A DNA stretch of 64,000 bases, taken from assembly GCA_963793265.1 (NCBI GenBank), contig CAWBZI010000004.1:224001-288000 (forward strand), read 5' to 3'. Positions 39,649-48,560 of this stretch are shown one piece after another. The notes under the pieces were generated by a model that made no database searches, was not told the DNA's origin, and saw nothing but the letters and a program-made list of their open reading frames with translations. Within the stretch, counting starts at the first letter, position 1, and the number at the start of each line of letters is the position of its first letter. The position numbers and the translations under genes are program-made. Origin of the DNA: an uncultured cyanobacterium. Lineage in GTDB: Bacteria; Cyanobacteriota; Cyanobacteriia; Phormidesmidales; Phormidesmidaceae.

Positions 39649-39774
39649 TTATGGCTCGGATATGTTCTTGAGGTCAATATCTCCTTGACATACTGTATAA
39701 AGCGTATAAAGGTCGTCGGTAATGGTCGCACCATCGACTGTGATGCTGCCTTTATCGTCTAGATCAAAGATAAT
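39649..39774 (-). pseudogene. Stranded original 3' end (41 codons) of the beta-helix gene
   Basis: Out-of-frame remnant IIFDLDDKGSITVDGATITDDLYTLYTVCQGDIDLKNISEP* aligns with the C-terminus of the 42737-44491 paralog. Confidence 0.8.
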
Positions 39775-42388
39775 CTCGAGTCAGCGTCGCACCATCGACG
39801 GTGACACTGCCTTTGTCATCAAGATCGAAGATGATATTATCGATGCCTTTGTCGCCGCTGAAGGTGCCGCCTTGAATAGAAAGAGAGCCTTCGCTGCCGA
39901 GTACGTGAACGTGGGCGGCGGTGCCGATGCCGCCTTGACGGATGGGGTCATCGCTGGCTACGTCAATCATGGTGGCAGTGCGCCAGATGCGGAAGTTGCG
40001 TTTGTTGTTAGCAGCAGCAGCGCGGATAAGCACCGTGTCTTTTGACTTGAGGTCGTAGCCGCCATCGGTGTTGCCAGAGGCGAAGGTGTCTTCGTAGGTG
40101 ATGTCGTAGGTGCCCCAGTCGGTGACGAAGCCGTCGGCGTTCCAGTACAGCGAGTCGTCTCTACGCTGAACGGCGTTGTTCATAGTGACGCGGCGGTGAA
40201 TGACGTTGTTAACGGTGTTTTGAAGCTGGACGCCCATGGCGAAGTTGTCGCCGTCCTGACGTTGGGAGTCTCCAACTACGTCTTCAATGAGGATGTTGTT
40301 GCTGTTGTATTGGAGGCGGATAGCTCCTTTGGAGAACCCAGCGACGTTGATGTCGCGAATGGTGAGATCGGTGATGGAGGCTGTATTCGCGCCGCCGGAG
40401 ACGTAGTTTTCTACAAAGCGACGGACATTGTTGACCTGCATGTCTTCGAGGGTGATGTTCGTGAGATCGCCGCCTAGACGGAAGGCTCCATTGCCGATAT
40501 TTTTGAAGTTAATACCTGTGAAGTGGAGATGGTTAGCGCCGTTGAGCAGGCGAAAGACTTCGCTGCCGTCGGACTTGCCGGGCGTCCAGTTTTCGGCGCG
40601 ATCGCCTACAAACAAAGGCGTATCATTTCCGCCTGCTTGAGAGGCGACCCCTCTGATCCGAATCGGTGCTGTAGCACTGCCGCCACTATCTACGCTAATG
40701 ATCTGCCCAGCAACGTTGTAGTCGCCTAAATCGCCTGCTATCCAAATCTCGCCGCCGGGAGTAGATTGTTCAATGAGTTTGTCTAAATCAGTAATGCTAG
40801 CCGCCTGCTGCCAACTGCTGCCGTCACCATTGCCGTTAGGACTGATGTAGCGAACGCTGCTTGTATCAGTGAAGGGCTGACTAGGAGCTTCAGGGAACAT
40901 CTCTGGTAGGATAGGCGGTTCTTCTGGCTGTATCGACACGGGTAGAATTTCAAATCCAGAGAGTTTAGCTTTATCTTGAATGCCGGTAAGTGAGATATCT
41001 AATCGGCCATCGGTGACGACAATATTACTGAATGATTGGTTGAAAGCTCGCAATCCGCCAGCTTCTTGATAGATATCGAGTCCCTGTGTAACTGTCTCTC
41101 CTTCTACAGCAATATCAAACGTACGCTGGCCGCTGGCTGACCAGTAAATTTCAGCGAAGAGAAGATTTAAGTCGTAGGTGCCATTGGTAACTGCAACAGA
41201 GTAGTCTAGCGTTTTGGCATAGCGTTCACTTCTGTATAAAGTGTCGTTTCTAGTGCCTTGAATATCGACGTTTTTATAAGCCGTTTTTCCATCGTCGAAG
41301 AAGGTGTCTGCTAGCCAGGTTCGGCCTTGCCTATCAACAAAGCGATCGCCACCAGCATTTACCCGAATAGCGTCTGTCGGTTCTATCAAATCTGTTGCGA
41401 TAATTTCGATGCCCGAGAGCTGGGCATAGTTTTCGACGGCCTGTAGCTGAATGTCTAAGATCCCATCAGTGACAACGATACTGCTAAAGGCTTCTTGAAT
41501 GGCCTGGTCATAGCCTGCGGCGGCGTGGATGTCAAAGCGATCGCTGAGCTTCTTACCTTCTAAAGAGATATCGAACAGGCGATCGCCACTGCTTTCAAAA
41601 AGCATCTCGGCAAAGTGCAAATTAACATCAAAAACGCCGTTAGCGACCGGAATGTGATAGTCCATGCTCGTTGCATACCGCCCACTTTGATAGAGCGATT
41701 CGTCAAGGGTTCCTGAAATTCTATCGCTTGTTTGCGATGTTCTTCCGTCCTCAAAAAAACGATCGGCTATCCACGTTTGCCCTTTACTATCTGTATAAGC
41801 CTCACCGCCTGCGTTAATCCGAATAGGATCAGGAAGATTTTTCGCCGCGCCTACTTGGATAAATTCTACATAGTCAATTCTGGCGTGTTCGCTAGCAGCT
41901 TCAGTACCTAGAACCGTGAAAGTGTCGCCCTGCTGTAACGAGATCTGACTAGCGATGGTGCGGTGAACTAGAGTCCCAGGGGTCGCTAGATGGCTGTCTA
42001 GCTTTTGATCCAGCTTGAGCGCCCCTAGAGACTGACCGTTTAATAGTGGATCTAACTTTGCACCACCGCCTTCTTCATCAAAGTAGCCCAGAACAATATC
42101 ATAATTTCCTTCGGGGCCAGTAAAGGTGATACTGGCGCTGCCCGTTTCACCTTTCTGTTGACCAAAGAAGCTGATCACGCTTTGATTAGAGGCAAAGTCA
42201 ATGACTTCTAGACGGTAGTTTTCCAATGCTATATCTTCCGCTTCAACTCTCAATACCTGAGACTGGACGCGACGATTTGATAAAAATGTGCCGCTAGCAC
42301 TCACCAGTTCGCTTACTGAAGTATCTGTATCCTGAGCGCTACTGGATATATCTGAAGGGGCGCTGAAGGCACTATCTACGAATGTCAC
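39764..42388 (-). CDS. CBM6/35-like + 2x malectin + right-handed beta-helix protein (C-terminally truncated)
   Basis: RVEAED...ARIDYVEF CBM-like module; two RINAGG..W.AD..F..G..LY.S.RY..F.AE..R.FD malectin modules; beta-helix with WNADGF and GNTDGGYDLKS. Likely GTG start at 42388 behind GGAGA. Confidence 0.8.
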   Translation of the reverse strand: MTFVDSAFSAPSDISSSAQDTDTSVSELVSASGTFLSNRRVQSQVLRVEAEDIALENYRLEVIDFASNQSVISFFGQQKGETGSASITFTGPEGNYDIVLGYFDEEGGGAKLDPLLNGQSLGALKLDQKLDSHLATPGTLVHRTIASQISLQQGDTFTVLGTEAASEHARIDYVEFIQVGAAKNLPDPIRINAGGEAYTDSKGQTWIADRFFEDGRTSQTSDRISGTLDESLYQSGRYATSMDYHIPVANGVFDVNLHFAEMLFESSGDRLFDISLEGKKLSDRFDIHAAAGYDQAIQEAFSSIVVTDGILDIQLQAVENYAQLSGIEIIATDLIEPTDAIRVNAGGDRFVDRQGRTWLADTFFDDGKTAYKNVDIQGTRNDTLYRSERYAKTLDYSVAVTNGTYDLNLLFAEIYWSASGQRTFDIAVEGETVTQGLDIYQEAGGLRAFNQSFSNIVVTDGRLDISLTGIQDKAKLSGFEILPVSIQPEEPPILPEMFPEAPSQPFTDTSSVRYISPNGNGDGSSWQQAASITDLDKLIEQSTPGGEIWIAGDLGDYNVAGQIISVDSGGSATAPIRIRGVASQAGGNDTPLFVGDRAENWTPGKSDGSEVFRLLNGANHLHFTGINFKNIGNGAFRLGGDLTNITLEDMQVNNVRRFVENYVSGGANTASITDLTIRDINVAGFSKGAIRLQYNSNNILIEDVVGDSQRQDGDNFAMGVQLQNTVNNVIHRRVTMNNAVQRRDDSLYWNADGFVTDWGTYDITYEDTFASGNTDGGYDLKSKDTVLIRAAAANNKRNFRIWRTATMIDVASDDPIRQGGIGTAAHVHVLGSEGSLSIQGGTFSGDKGIDNIIFDLDDKGSVTVDGATLTRDYL

Positions 42389-42631
42389 TGGGCTATCTCC
42401 CAAGCCGATTTGAGCCCAATATGTGCTTTATGATACGCGTGTAATAATGACGTAAATACCTAAGTTGTGTACGGAAGCCTGAACAGGAGGATGGGTTGCG
42501 ATCACCCACCTATCTGTACTAGCCAAACGAGTAAAACCACGTATGCTTAGAAATTTTGAATTCGCCAAATCCCTTGCTGTAAGAGCAAAGCATGCTATTC
42601 ATGCAACTTTGGGAACCTGTATAAAGTAGTC

Positions 42632-42667
42632 AAAAACCCAACGAAAGTATAAGTAATTTCGTTGGGT
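42632..42667 (-). terminator. Rho-independent terminator between the two beta-helix paralogs
   Basis: ACCCAACGAAA...TTTCGTTGGGT stem with an A-run on + (U-tract on -). Confidence 0.7.
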
Positions 42668-42736
42668 CAATAGCCCTACCTGTAATGTTGTAATTACTGA
42701 TTGCGCATGTAGCCTTTATGAAAAACTATGGGCAAG

Positions 42737-44491
42737 CTAGTCTTCGGTCAGGTTGTTGATCTGTAGACTGCCGCCTTGGACGGTTCTAAGCGTGTAGTCA
42801 TTGCCTAAAATAACTACCTCATCAACCCGAGCACTGCCTTTCTCATCTAAGTCAAAAATAATGCTGTCTCGTTTGTTATTAAAGGTGCCACCTTCAATAA
42901 CCAGATCGCCGTTGTTCCCTAAAACATGAATATGCGCGGTCGTACCCGTTCCGCCTCTACTATTGGGCTCGCTACTGATCACGTCATACATTTCGGCTGA
43001 ACCCCAAATCCGAAAGTTTCGCTTATTGTCTTTGGCCGCAGCGCGTCGCAGTACAGTGTTGTTCGATTTAAGATCGTAGCCGCCATCAGCATTTCCAGCA
43101 GCGTAGGTATCTTCATAGGTGATGTTATAAACGTTCTCTTCGGTCGCAAAGCCGTCGCCGTTCCAGTAGTCGGATTTTCCTTTTTGCTGAATGGCATTTT
43201 GCATGGTTACCCGACGGTGCATGACATTATGAACGCTGCCTTCTAGCTGAACACCGGTCGCGAAGTTGTCGCCATACTGCTGTTGGGAGTCTCCAAAAAC
43301 ATCTTCAATCAGTACGTCGCGCGTGTTGTATTGTAAGCGGATGGCTGCTTTAGAAAAACCAGAGATATTAATGTCTTGAATGGTGAGATTGCTTACTGAG
43401 GCATCACTTTCTCCACTGGCTGCGAAGTTTTCAACAAACCGGCGAACGTTGTTTGCTTCCATCTTTTCTAAGGTAATGTCAGTGAGGTCTGCGCCCAGCC
43501 TGAAAGCGCCGTTGCCCACATTCTTAAATCCTAAGCCGCTGAAGTTTAGATGATCTGCACCATCTACAAGGCGGAAAACTTCGTCGCCATCGTTTTTCCC
43601 AGGCTTCCAATTTTCGGCGCGATCGCCCACAAAGAAAGCCTTATCTTCCTTTCCTGTTTTACTAGAAACCCCGCGAACGAATACAGGTGACTCCTTTGAG
43701 CCACCATGGCGAATCGTAAACAGCTTATCTTCAACGTCATACGTCCCCAAATCGCCTGCTATCCAAACCTCATCTCCTGGCTTTGAACGGTCGATAAGCC
43801 GATCGATTCGATCGAGGCTAGCTGCACGCTCCCAGCTTGAGCCATCGCCTTCCCCATTCGGCTTTATATATCGTATTTGAGCACCCTGCTTCAAAGGGCG
43901 TGGATCGACAGACTGTTTAGACTCTGACTGGATCGAATCATCCTGACTGCCAGTAGGCACAAACTCTACATAATCGAGGCGAGCGGGTTCCCCATTAGAT
44001 TCCACGCCGAGTACTTCAAAAGTATCGCCGGTTTGTATAGAAACATTCTCGGCTACGGTACGCCTTACCTGTGTTGCAGCATTTGCCAGATTGCTACCTA
44101 ACTGGCGATCTAGCTTTATTTTACCGAGCGACTGGCCATTTAACAGCGGATCTAGCTGGGCGGTACCCGCTTCTTCGTCAAAGTAGCCCAATATGACGTC
44201 ATAGCTGCCAGATGGTCTAGAAAACTTTGTTGAAACGCTACCTGATTCGTTGTTGCCTGCTCCTAAAAAGCTAGCGACTAGCTGATTGGACGCTGCGTCA
44301 ATCTTTTCTATCCGGTAGTTCTTTAACGACATCTCTTCTGCTTCAATTCGCAGGCTTTGAGGTGCGCTTTGGAGATCTCTTTTGAGGTTGAAAGGGCCGC
44401 TAATGACGTCACTTGAAAGCGTTTCGCCTGATGATATAAGCGATGCATTGTGATCGCTGTAGTCAATGTTCTGAATATCTGTAAAAACCAC
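42737..44491 (-). CDS. CBM6/35-like + right-handed beta-helix protein (paralog without malectin)
   Basis: RIEAEE...ARLDYVEF; RYIKPNGEGDGSSW; WNGDGFATE; GNADGGYDLKS. Colinear with the downstream gene. Confidence 0.8.
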   Translation of the reverse strand: MVFTDIQNIDYSDHNASLISSGETLSSDVISGPFNLKRDLQSAPQSLRIEAEEMSLKNYRIEKIDAASNQLVASFLGAGNNESGSVSTKFSRPSGSYDVILGYFDEEAGTAQLDPLLNGQSLGKIKLDRQLGSNLANAATQVRRTVAENVSIQTGDTFEVLGVESNGEPARLDYVEFVPTGSQDDSIQSESKQSVDPRPLKQGAQIRYIKPNGEGDGSSWERAASLDRIDRLIDRSKPGDEVWIAGDLGTYDVEDKLFTIRHGGSKESPVFVRGVSSKTGKEDKAFFVGDRAENWKPGKNDGDEVFRLVDGADHLNFSGLGFKNVGNGAFRLGADLTDITLEKMEANNVRRFVENFAASGESDASVSNLTIQDINISGFSKAAIRLQYNTRDVLIEDVFGDSQQQYGDNFATGVQLEGSVHNVMHRRVTMQNAIQQKGKSDYWNGDGFATEENVYNITYEDTYAAGNADGGYDLKSNNTVLRRAAAKDNKRNFRIWGSAEMYDVISSEPNSRGGTGTTAHIHVLGNNGDLVIEGGTFNNKRDSIIFDLDEKGSARVDEVVILGNDYTLRTVQGGSLQINNLTED

Positions 44492-45091
44492 AAAAAACCT
44501 CTTTTGCTCAGAAATGTGTCATTGAAGACGCGCAAAAGAGAGAAGCTATAAAACAAGCTCCGAAGTCTTCATAAAAGAGAGATTTATGGCCCAAAACACA
44601 GTAAAACTAGCCGCTTTAAGAACTGTTCTCAAGCAGACACCTTCGTCGTTAGTTTTGTTCCTCAAAAAGTAGAAAGTAGAACTGCCGCCAGCGGAAAACT
44701 GCTAGTGGAGCATCCAACTCAATAGCTTACGTTGGCCTATTTATTAGGGTTCTCTCGATATAAAACTCTCTTTACGCTGTCTTACTTTAATTTATTGACA
44801 ATTAGCACAAGTGACGATTTAGTGACGAATAAGCTGGAAGATGCTGTCTTTTAAGAAATCTAGCATGTTTGCTTAGAACTGTGTGCCGTATATGAGCCAG
44901 TTTTTTTGCTTGGGAAATATTCTCTTCCGGCTGTTTATAGATGAATCTTAGGCAAGAAGAGCATAGCCGACGAAATTGTTGATATCAGCTTGCTAACGCT
45001 GTTAAAAGTAGATGATATTTCAGTTTTAGCCCATTTCTTGAACCCTCATCAAGAGCGCTACATTATTCATACTCAAAATCTAGTACTTTTT

Positions 45092-45952
45092 ATGGCAGTT
45101 TCTCCCTATCTTGTAGACGTTCATTGGCTATCGCAGTGTTTGAGCAATTCTAATGCTGTCGTTATAGATGCTCGGTTTTCTCTAGCCGATTCTGAACTTG
45201 GCTATCAGCAGTATCGATTAGGTCATATTCTTGGCGCATACTATCTGCATCTCAATCGAGATCTTTCTATCCCTGTTCAATCTCATGGCGGGCGACACCC
45301 TTTACCTGACTGGGCGCAGTTTGCGCGTACGCTCAACCAAATGGGCGTGTTCTCTAAACCACCAAATGGCCCTACTCAAATTGTGATTTACGATGATTCG
45401 CGCTTTGCCTTTGCAGCTCGGCTGTGGTGGATGCTCAGGTATTTAGGTCATGAGCAGGTCGCTATTTTAGATGGTGGTATCAATGCTTGGGAGTCGGCTG
45501 ATTTGCCGATAAGTACGGATATTCCTGGGGCGATCGCAGGCAATTTTATTCCTCAGCCACAATCAGACTGGATCGTAGATATCGACGCTGTGCGACAGGC
45601 AGTGCGACAAAGAAAGGATCGCTCAGGCGCAATCGTGATTGATTCTAGATCGCCAGAAAGATTTCGCGGTGAGGTAGAGCCTATTGATCCCATTGCAGGT
45701 AGCATCCCAGGCGCAATCAACTCATTTTGGAAAAATGTCACCACTGAGGCTGGCTATATGAAGAATACTTCTGCACTATCTAGTCAATGGTCTAGTTTGG
45801 CCTCAAAAGATGAAATTATCGTCTATTGCGGATCTGGCGTAACGGCCTGTGTCAACTTGTTTTCATTAGTAGTCGCTGGTCACCCCATGTACAAACTCTA
45901 TCCCGGTGGCTGGAGCGACTGGTGTTCTTACGAAGATATAGACAAAGCGTAG
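45092..45952 (+). CDS. Two-domain rhodanese / 3-mercaptopyruvate sulfurtransferase (SseA family)
   Basis: GRHPLP, AARLWWML, LDGG, DSRSPERF, YCGSGVTAC, LYPGGWSDW. Confidence 0.92.
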   Translation: MAVSPYLVDVHWLSQCLSNSNAVVIDARFSLADSELGYQQYRLGHILGAYYLHLNRDLSIPVQSHGGRHPLPDWAQFARTLNQMGVFSKPPNGPTQIVIYDDSRFAFAARLWWMLRYLGHEQVAILDGGINAWESADLPISTDIPGAIAGNFIPQPQSDWIVDIDAVRQAVRQRKDRSGAIVIDSRSPERFRGEVEPIDPIAGSIPGAINSFWKNVTTEAGYMKNTSALSSQWSSLASKDEIIVYCGSGVTACVNLFSLVVAGHPMYKLYPGGWSDWCSYEDIDKA

Positions 45953-46003
45953 GGCGTAGGTACAGATGTAAACTGATGATTTTAGTAGCCTTTGGCTAAA
46001 CGA

Positions 46004-46561
46004 ATGGCGGTTCGCATCTACGGCAATCGAGAACTTAAAACGCTACCTGGGGAGGCGACTCGGCCGACGTCGGCGCGGGTAAGAGAAGCGCTGTTTAATA
46101 TTTGGCAGGGGCGGGTTGCGGGCTGCTCTTGGTTGGATTTGTGTGCGGGTAGCGGCGCGATGGGGGCAGAGGCGCTGTGTCGTGGGGCGGCAGAGGTGGT
46201 CGGGATTGAGAAGTCGGGTGCGGCTTGTCAGGTGGTGACTGAGAACTGGCGGAAGGTGGCAAAGCCTGAGCAGCAATTTCGCGTGATTAGGGGCGATGTG
46301 GTTCGGCAGCTAGCGATGCTTAAAGATGGCGTTAAGTCGAGTGGGCAGGCTTTTGACTGTGTTTATTTTGATCCACCCTATGCAGGCGAACTCTACGATT
46401 CGGTGCTTAATTTGGTCGCTGAGTGCTTAAGCGCGCAGGGCGAAGCTGCCGTTGAGTATGATGCATCGCGGTGGCAACCTAATCGGCTTCCTGCCGCTTT
46501 AGACGTTGTGAAGGAGAAGCGCTACGGCAGTACTCACCTGATCTTTCTACGCAGGTCGTAA
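46004..46561 (+). CDS. rsmD: 16S rRNA m2G966 methyltransferase
   Basis: TRPTSARVREALFNI, LDLCAGSGAMGAEAL, YFDPPY. Confidence 0.93.
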   Translation: MAVRIYGNRELKTLPGEATRPTSARVREALFNIWQGRVAGCSWLDLCAGSGAMGAEALCRGAAEVVGIEKSGAACQVVTENWRKVAKPEQQFRVIRGDVVRQLAMLKDGVKSSGQAFDCVYFDPPYAGELYDSVLNLVAECLSAQGEAAVEYDASRWQPNRLPAALDVVKEKRYGSTHLIFLRRS

Positions 46562-46753
46562 TGAGGCGAGCCGCAATTTACTCGATAGGTTTGATAAGCA
46601 TTTTTGAACGGTGAGTGCTGCAAGAATGGCGAATTTACGGCACAATTGAATAAAGCAACACTTTTGTTGCTAAACTCGCTTAGGCGTAGTTTGTATGGGC
46701 TAGACCGCTGTTAGCGGTAGACCATACGGTCGCAGGAAATAGGAGAAATAGTT

Positions 46754-48508
46754 ATGGTTGCCGCCGCTGTTCAGACGAAGGAAAATTTTGAAGGGCCTGC
46801 TCAAAAGCGCCTGTCGATGCAGGTTGAGGGCATTGCTGAAGAGACGACGACGCTGCGATCACAAGACTGGGATCGCGACCGATTCGACATTGAATTTGGA
46901 CTTCAAAACGGCACAACCTACAACTCGTTCATTATCCAGGGCGAAAAAACCGCGCTTGTAGACACCTCCCACGCCAAGTTCCGCGAGCTATATATAGATG
47001 CGCTCAAAGGTGAAATCGATCCGGCCACTATTGATTACATTGTGGTGAGCCACACCGAGCCTGACCACAGTGGTTTGATTAAAGACGTGCTGGCGCTGGC
47101 TCCGAATGCGGTGGTTGTGGGTGCTAAAGTTGCGATCGCCTTCCTAGAAGATCTGATCCACGCCCCTTTTGAGCGCCAAATCGTCAAAAGCGGCGACACG
47201 CTAGAGCTTGGCAACGGCCACCTGCTCGAATTTACCAGTGCGCCAAACCTGCACTGGCCCGACACTATCTTCACCTTCGATCATAAAACCGGTATTCTCT
47301 ACACCTGCGATGCCTTTGGTGCTCACTACTGTACTGCCGACACCTTTGATGAAGATCTTGAAGCGCTTTCACCTGACTTTCGCTTTTATTACGAGTGCCT
47401 GATGGCTCCGAACGCTCGCTCTGTGGTGTCGGCCATGAAGCGGATGGATAAGCTAGACGGCACGATTGACACGATTGCGACCGGGCACGGGCCTTTGCTC
47501 AGACGAAACGTAGAAGAGCTGACGGGGCGCTATCGGGAGTGGAGCGCGCAGAAGAATAATGCTGAGACGCTGGTGTCGGTGTTTTATGTGTCTGACTATG
47601 GGTTTAGCGATCGCATTTCGCAGGCGATCGCCCGAGGCATCAATAAAACTGGCGTTGGTGTAGAAATGGTGGACTTGCGCTCTGCCGATGCTCAAGACGT
47701 GAATGAAATTGTCAGCCGCTCGACGGGCGTTGTGATCGGAATGCCGCCGTCTACGGGTAAAGGATCTGAAGAAACGCGAGCAGCACTCGGAACGGTGTTA
47801 GCAGGCGTGAGCGAGAAGAAAACGTTCGGCTTGTTTGAGTCTTATGGCGGTGATGACGAGCCGATTGATACGCTGCAAACTAAGCTGCAAGATCTGGAGC
47901 TAAAGGTCGCCTTTGATCCGATTCGTGTAAAAGATACGCCGGATGAAGCGCTATATCAGCTCTGCGAAGAGACGGGTACTGACCTGGGTCAAGACCTGGC
48001 CAAGAAGAAAAAAATTAAGAAGATTAAAGCGTTAGACGCTGATTTGCAAAAGGCTCTGGGCCGCATTAGCAGCGGACTTTATATCATCACTGCGACAAAG
48101 GGCGACGTGCAGTCAGCGATGCTGGCCTCCTGGATTACGCAGGCGAGCTTTGAGCCTTTGGGCTTTACGGTAGCTGTGGCTAAAGACAGAGCGATTGAGT
48201 CGTTTATGCAGACGGGCGACACGTTTGTGCTGAATATTTTGGAAGAGGGCAATCATCTGCCGCTGATGAAGCATTTCCTCAAGCGCTTTCCGCCGGGTGC
48301 CGATCGGTTTGCCGGGGTGCGGACGCGCCCGGCTGAAAATAAATCACCGATTCTGGCCGATTCGCTGGCGTATTTGGAATGTGAGGTGGCAAGCCGGATG
48401 GAGCTGAGCGATCATTGGCTTGTGTACTGCACGGTGGATGAAGGCAAGGTGGCTAAAGAAGAGGCGCAGACGGCTGTACACCATCGGAAGGTTGGTAACT
48501 ACTACTAA
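46754..48508 (+). CDS. flv3: Class C flavodiiron protein Flv3
   Basis: DWDRDRFDIEFGLQNGTTYNS, canonical HTEPDH / HWPD / CDAFG ligands, flavodoxin and flavin reductase domains. Confidence 0.88.
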   Translation: MVAAAVQTKENFEGPAQKRLSMQVEGIAEETTTLRSQDWDRDRFDIEFGLQNGTTYNSFIIQGEKTALVDTSHAKFRELYIDALKGEIDPATIDYIVVSHTEPDHSGLIKDVLALAPNAVVVGAKVAIAFLEDLIHAPFERQIVKSGDTLELGNGHLLEFTSAPNLHWPDTIFTFDHKTGILYTCDAFGAHYCTADTFDEDLEALSPDFRFYYECLMAPNARSVVSAMKRMDKLDGTIDTIATGHGPLLRRNVEELTGRYREWSAQKNNAETLVSVFYVSDYGFSDRISQAIARGINKTGVGVEMVDLRSADAQDVNEIVSRSTGVVIGMPPSTGKGSEETRAALGTVLAGVSEKKTFGLFESYGGDDEPIDTLQTKLQDLELKVAFDPIRVKDTPDEALYQLCEETGTDLGQDLAKKKKIKKIKALDADLQKALGRISSGLYIITATKGDVQSAMLASWITQASFEPLGFTVAVAKDRAIESFMQTGDTFVLNILEEGNHLPLMKHFLKRFPPGADRFAGVRTRPAENKSPILADSLAYLECEVASRMELSDHWLVYCTVDEGKVAKEEAQTAVHHRKVGNYY

Positions 48509-48560
48509 ACGTTCCGTTGAATGATGAACTTGCTGTGAGATGTAAAGGAGCCTATTTGTT

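Noticed and set aside
39725..39835. Diverged repeat pair at a gene's 3' end as a diversity-generating retroelement TR/VR
   Set aside because: Mismatches are not confined to adenines of one copy on either strand, are almost all synonymous, and there is no reverse transcriptase in the window.
39722..40045. Plus-strand 107-aa ORF with an internal repeat
   Set aside because: Antisense shadow of the beta-helix gene; its repeat merely mirrors the 50-bp duplication.
44492..45091. 600-bp intergenic region as a riboswitch or ncRNA locus
   Set aside because: Only weak, mismatched hairpins and a short AGTGACGA direct repeat; no riboswitch or tRNA consensus that I can recognise.
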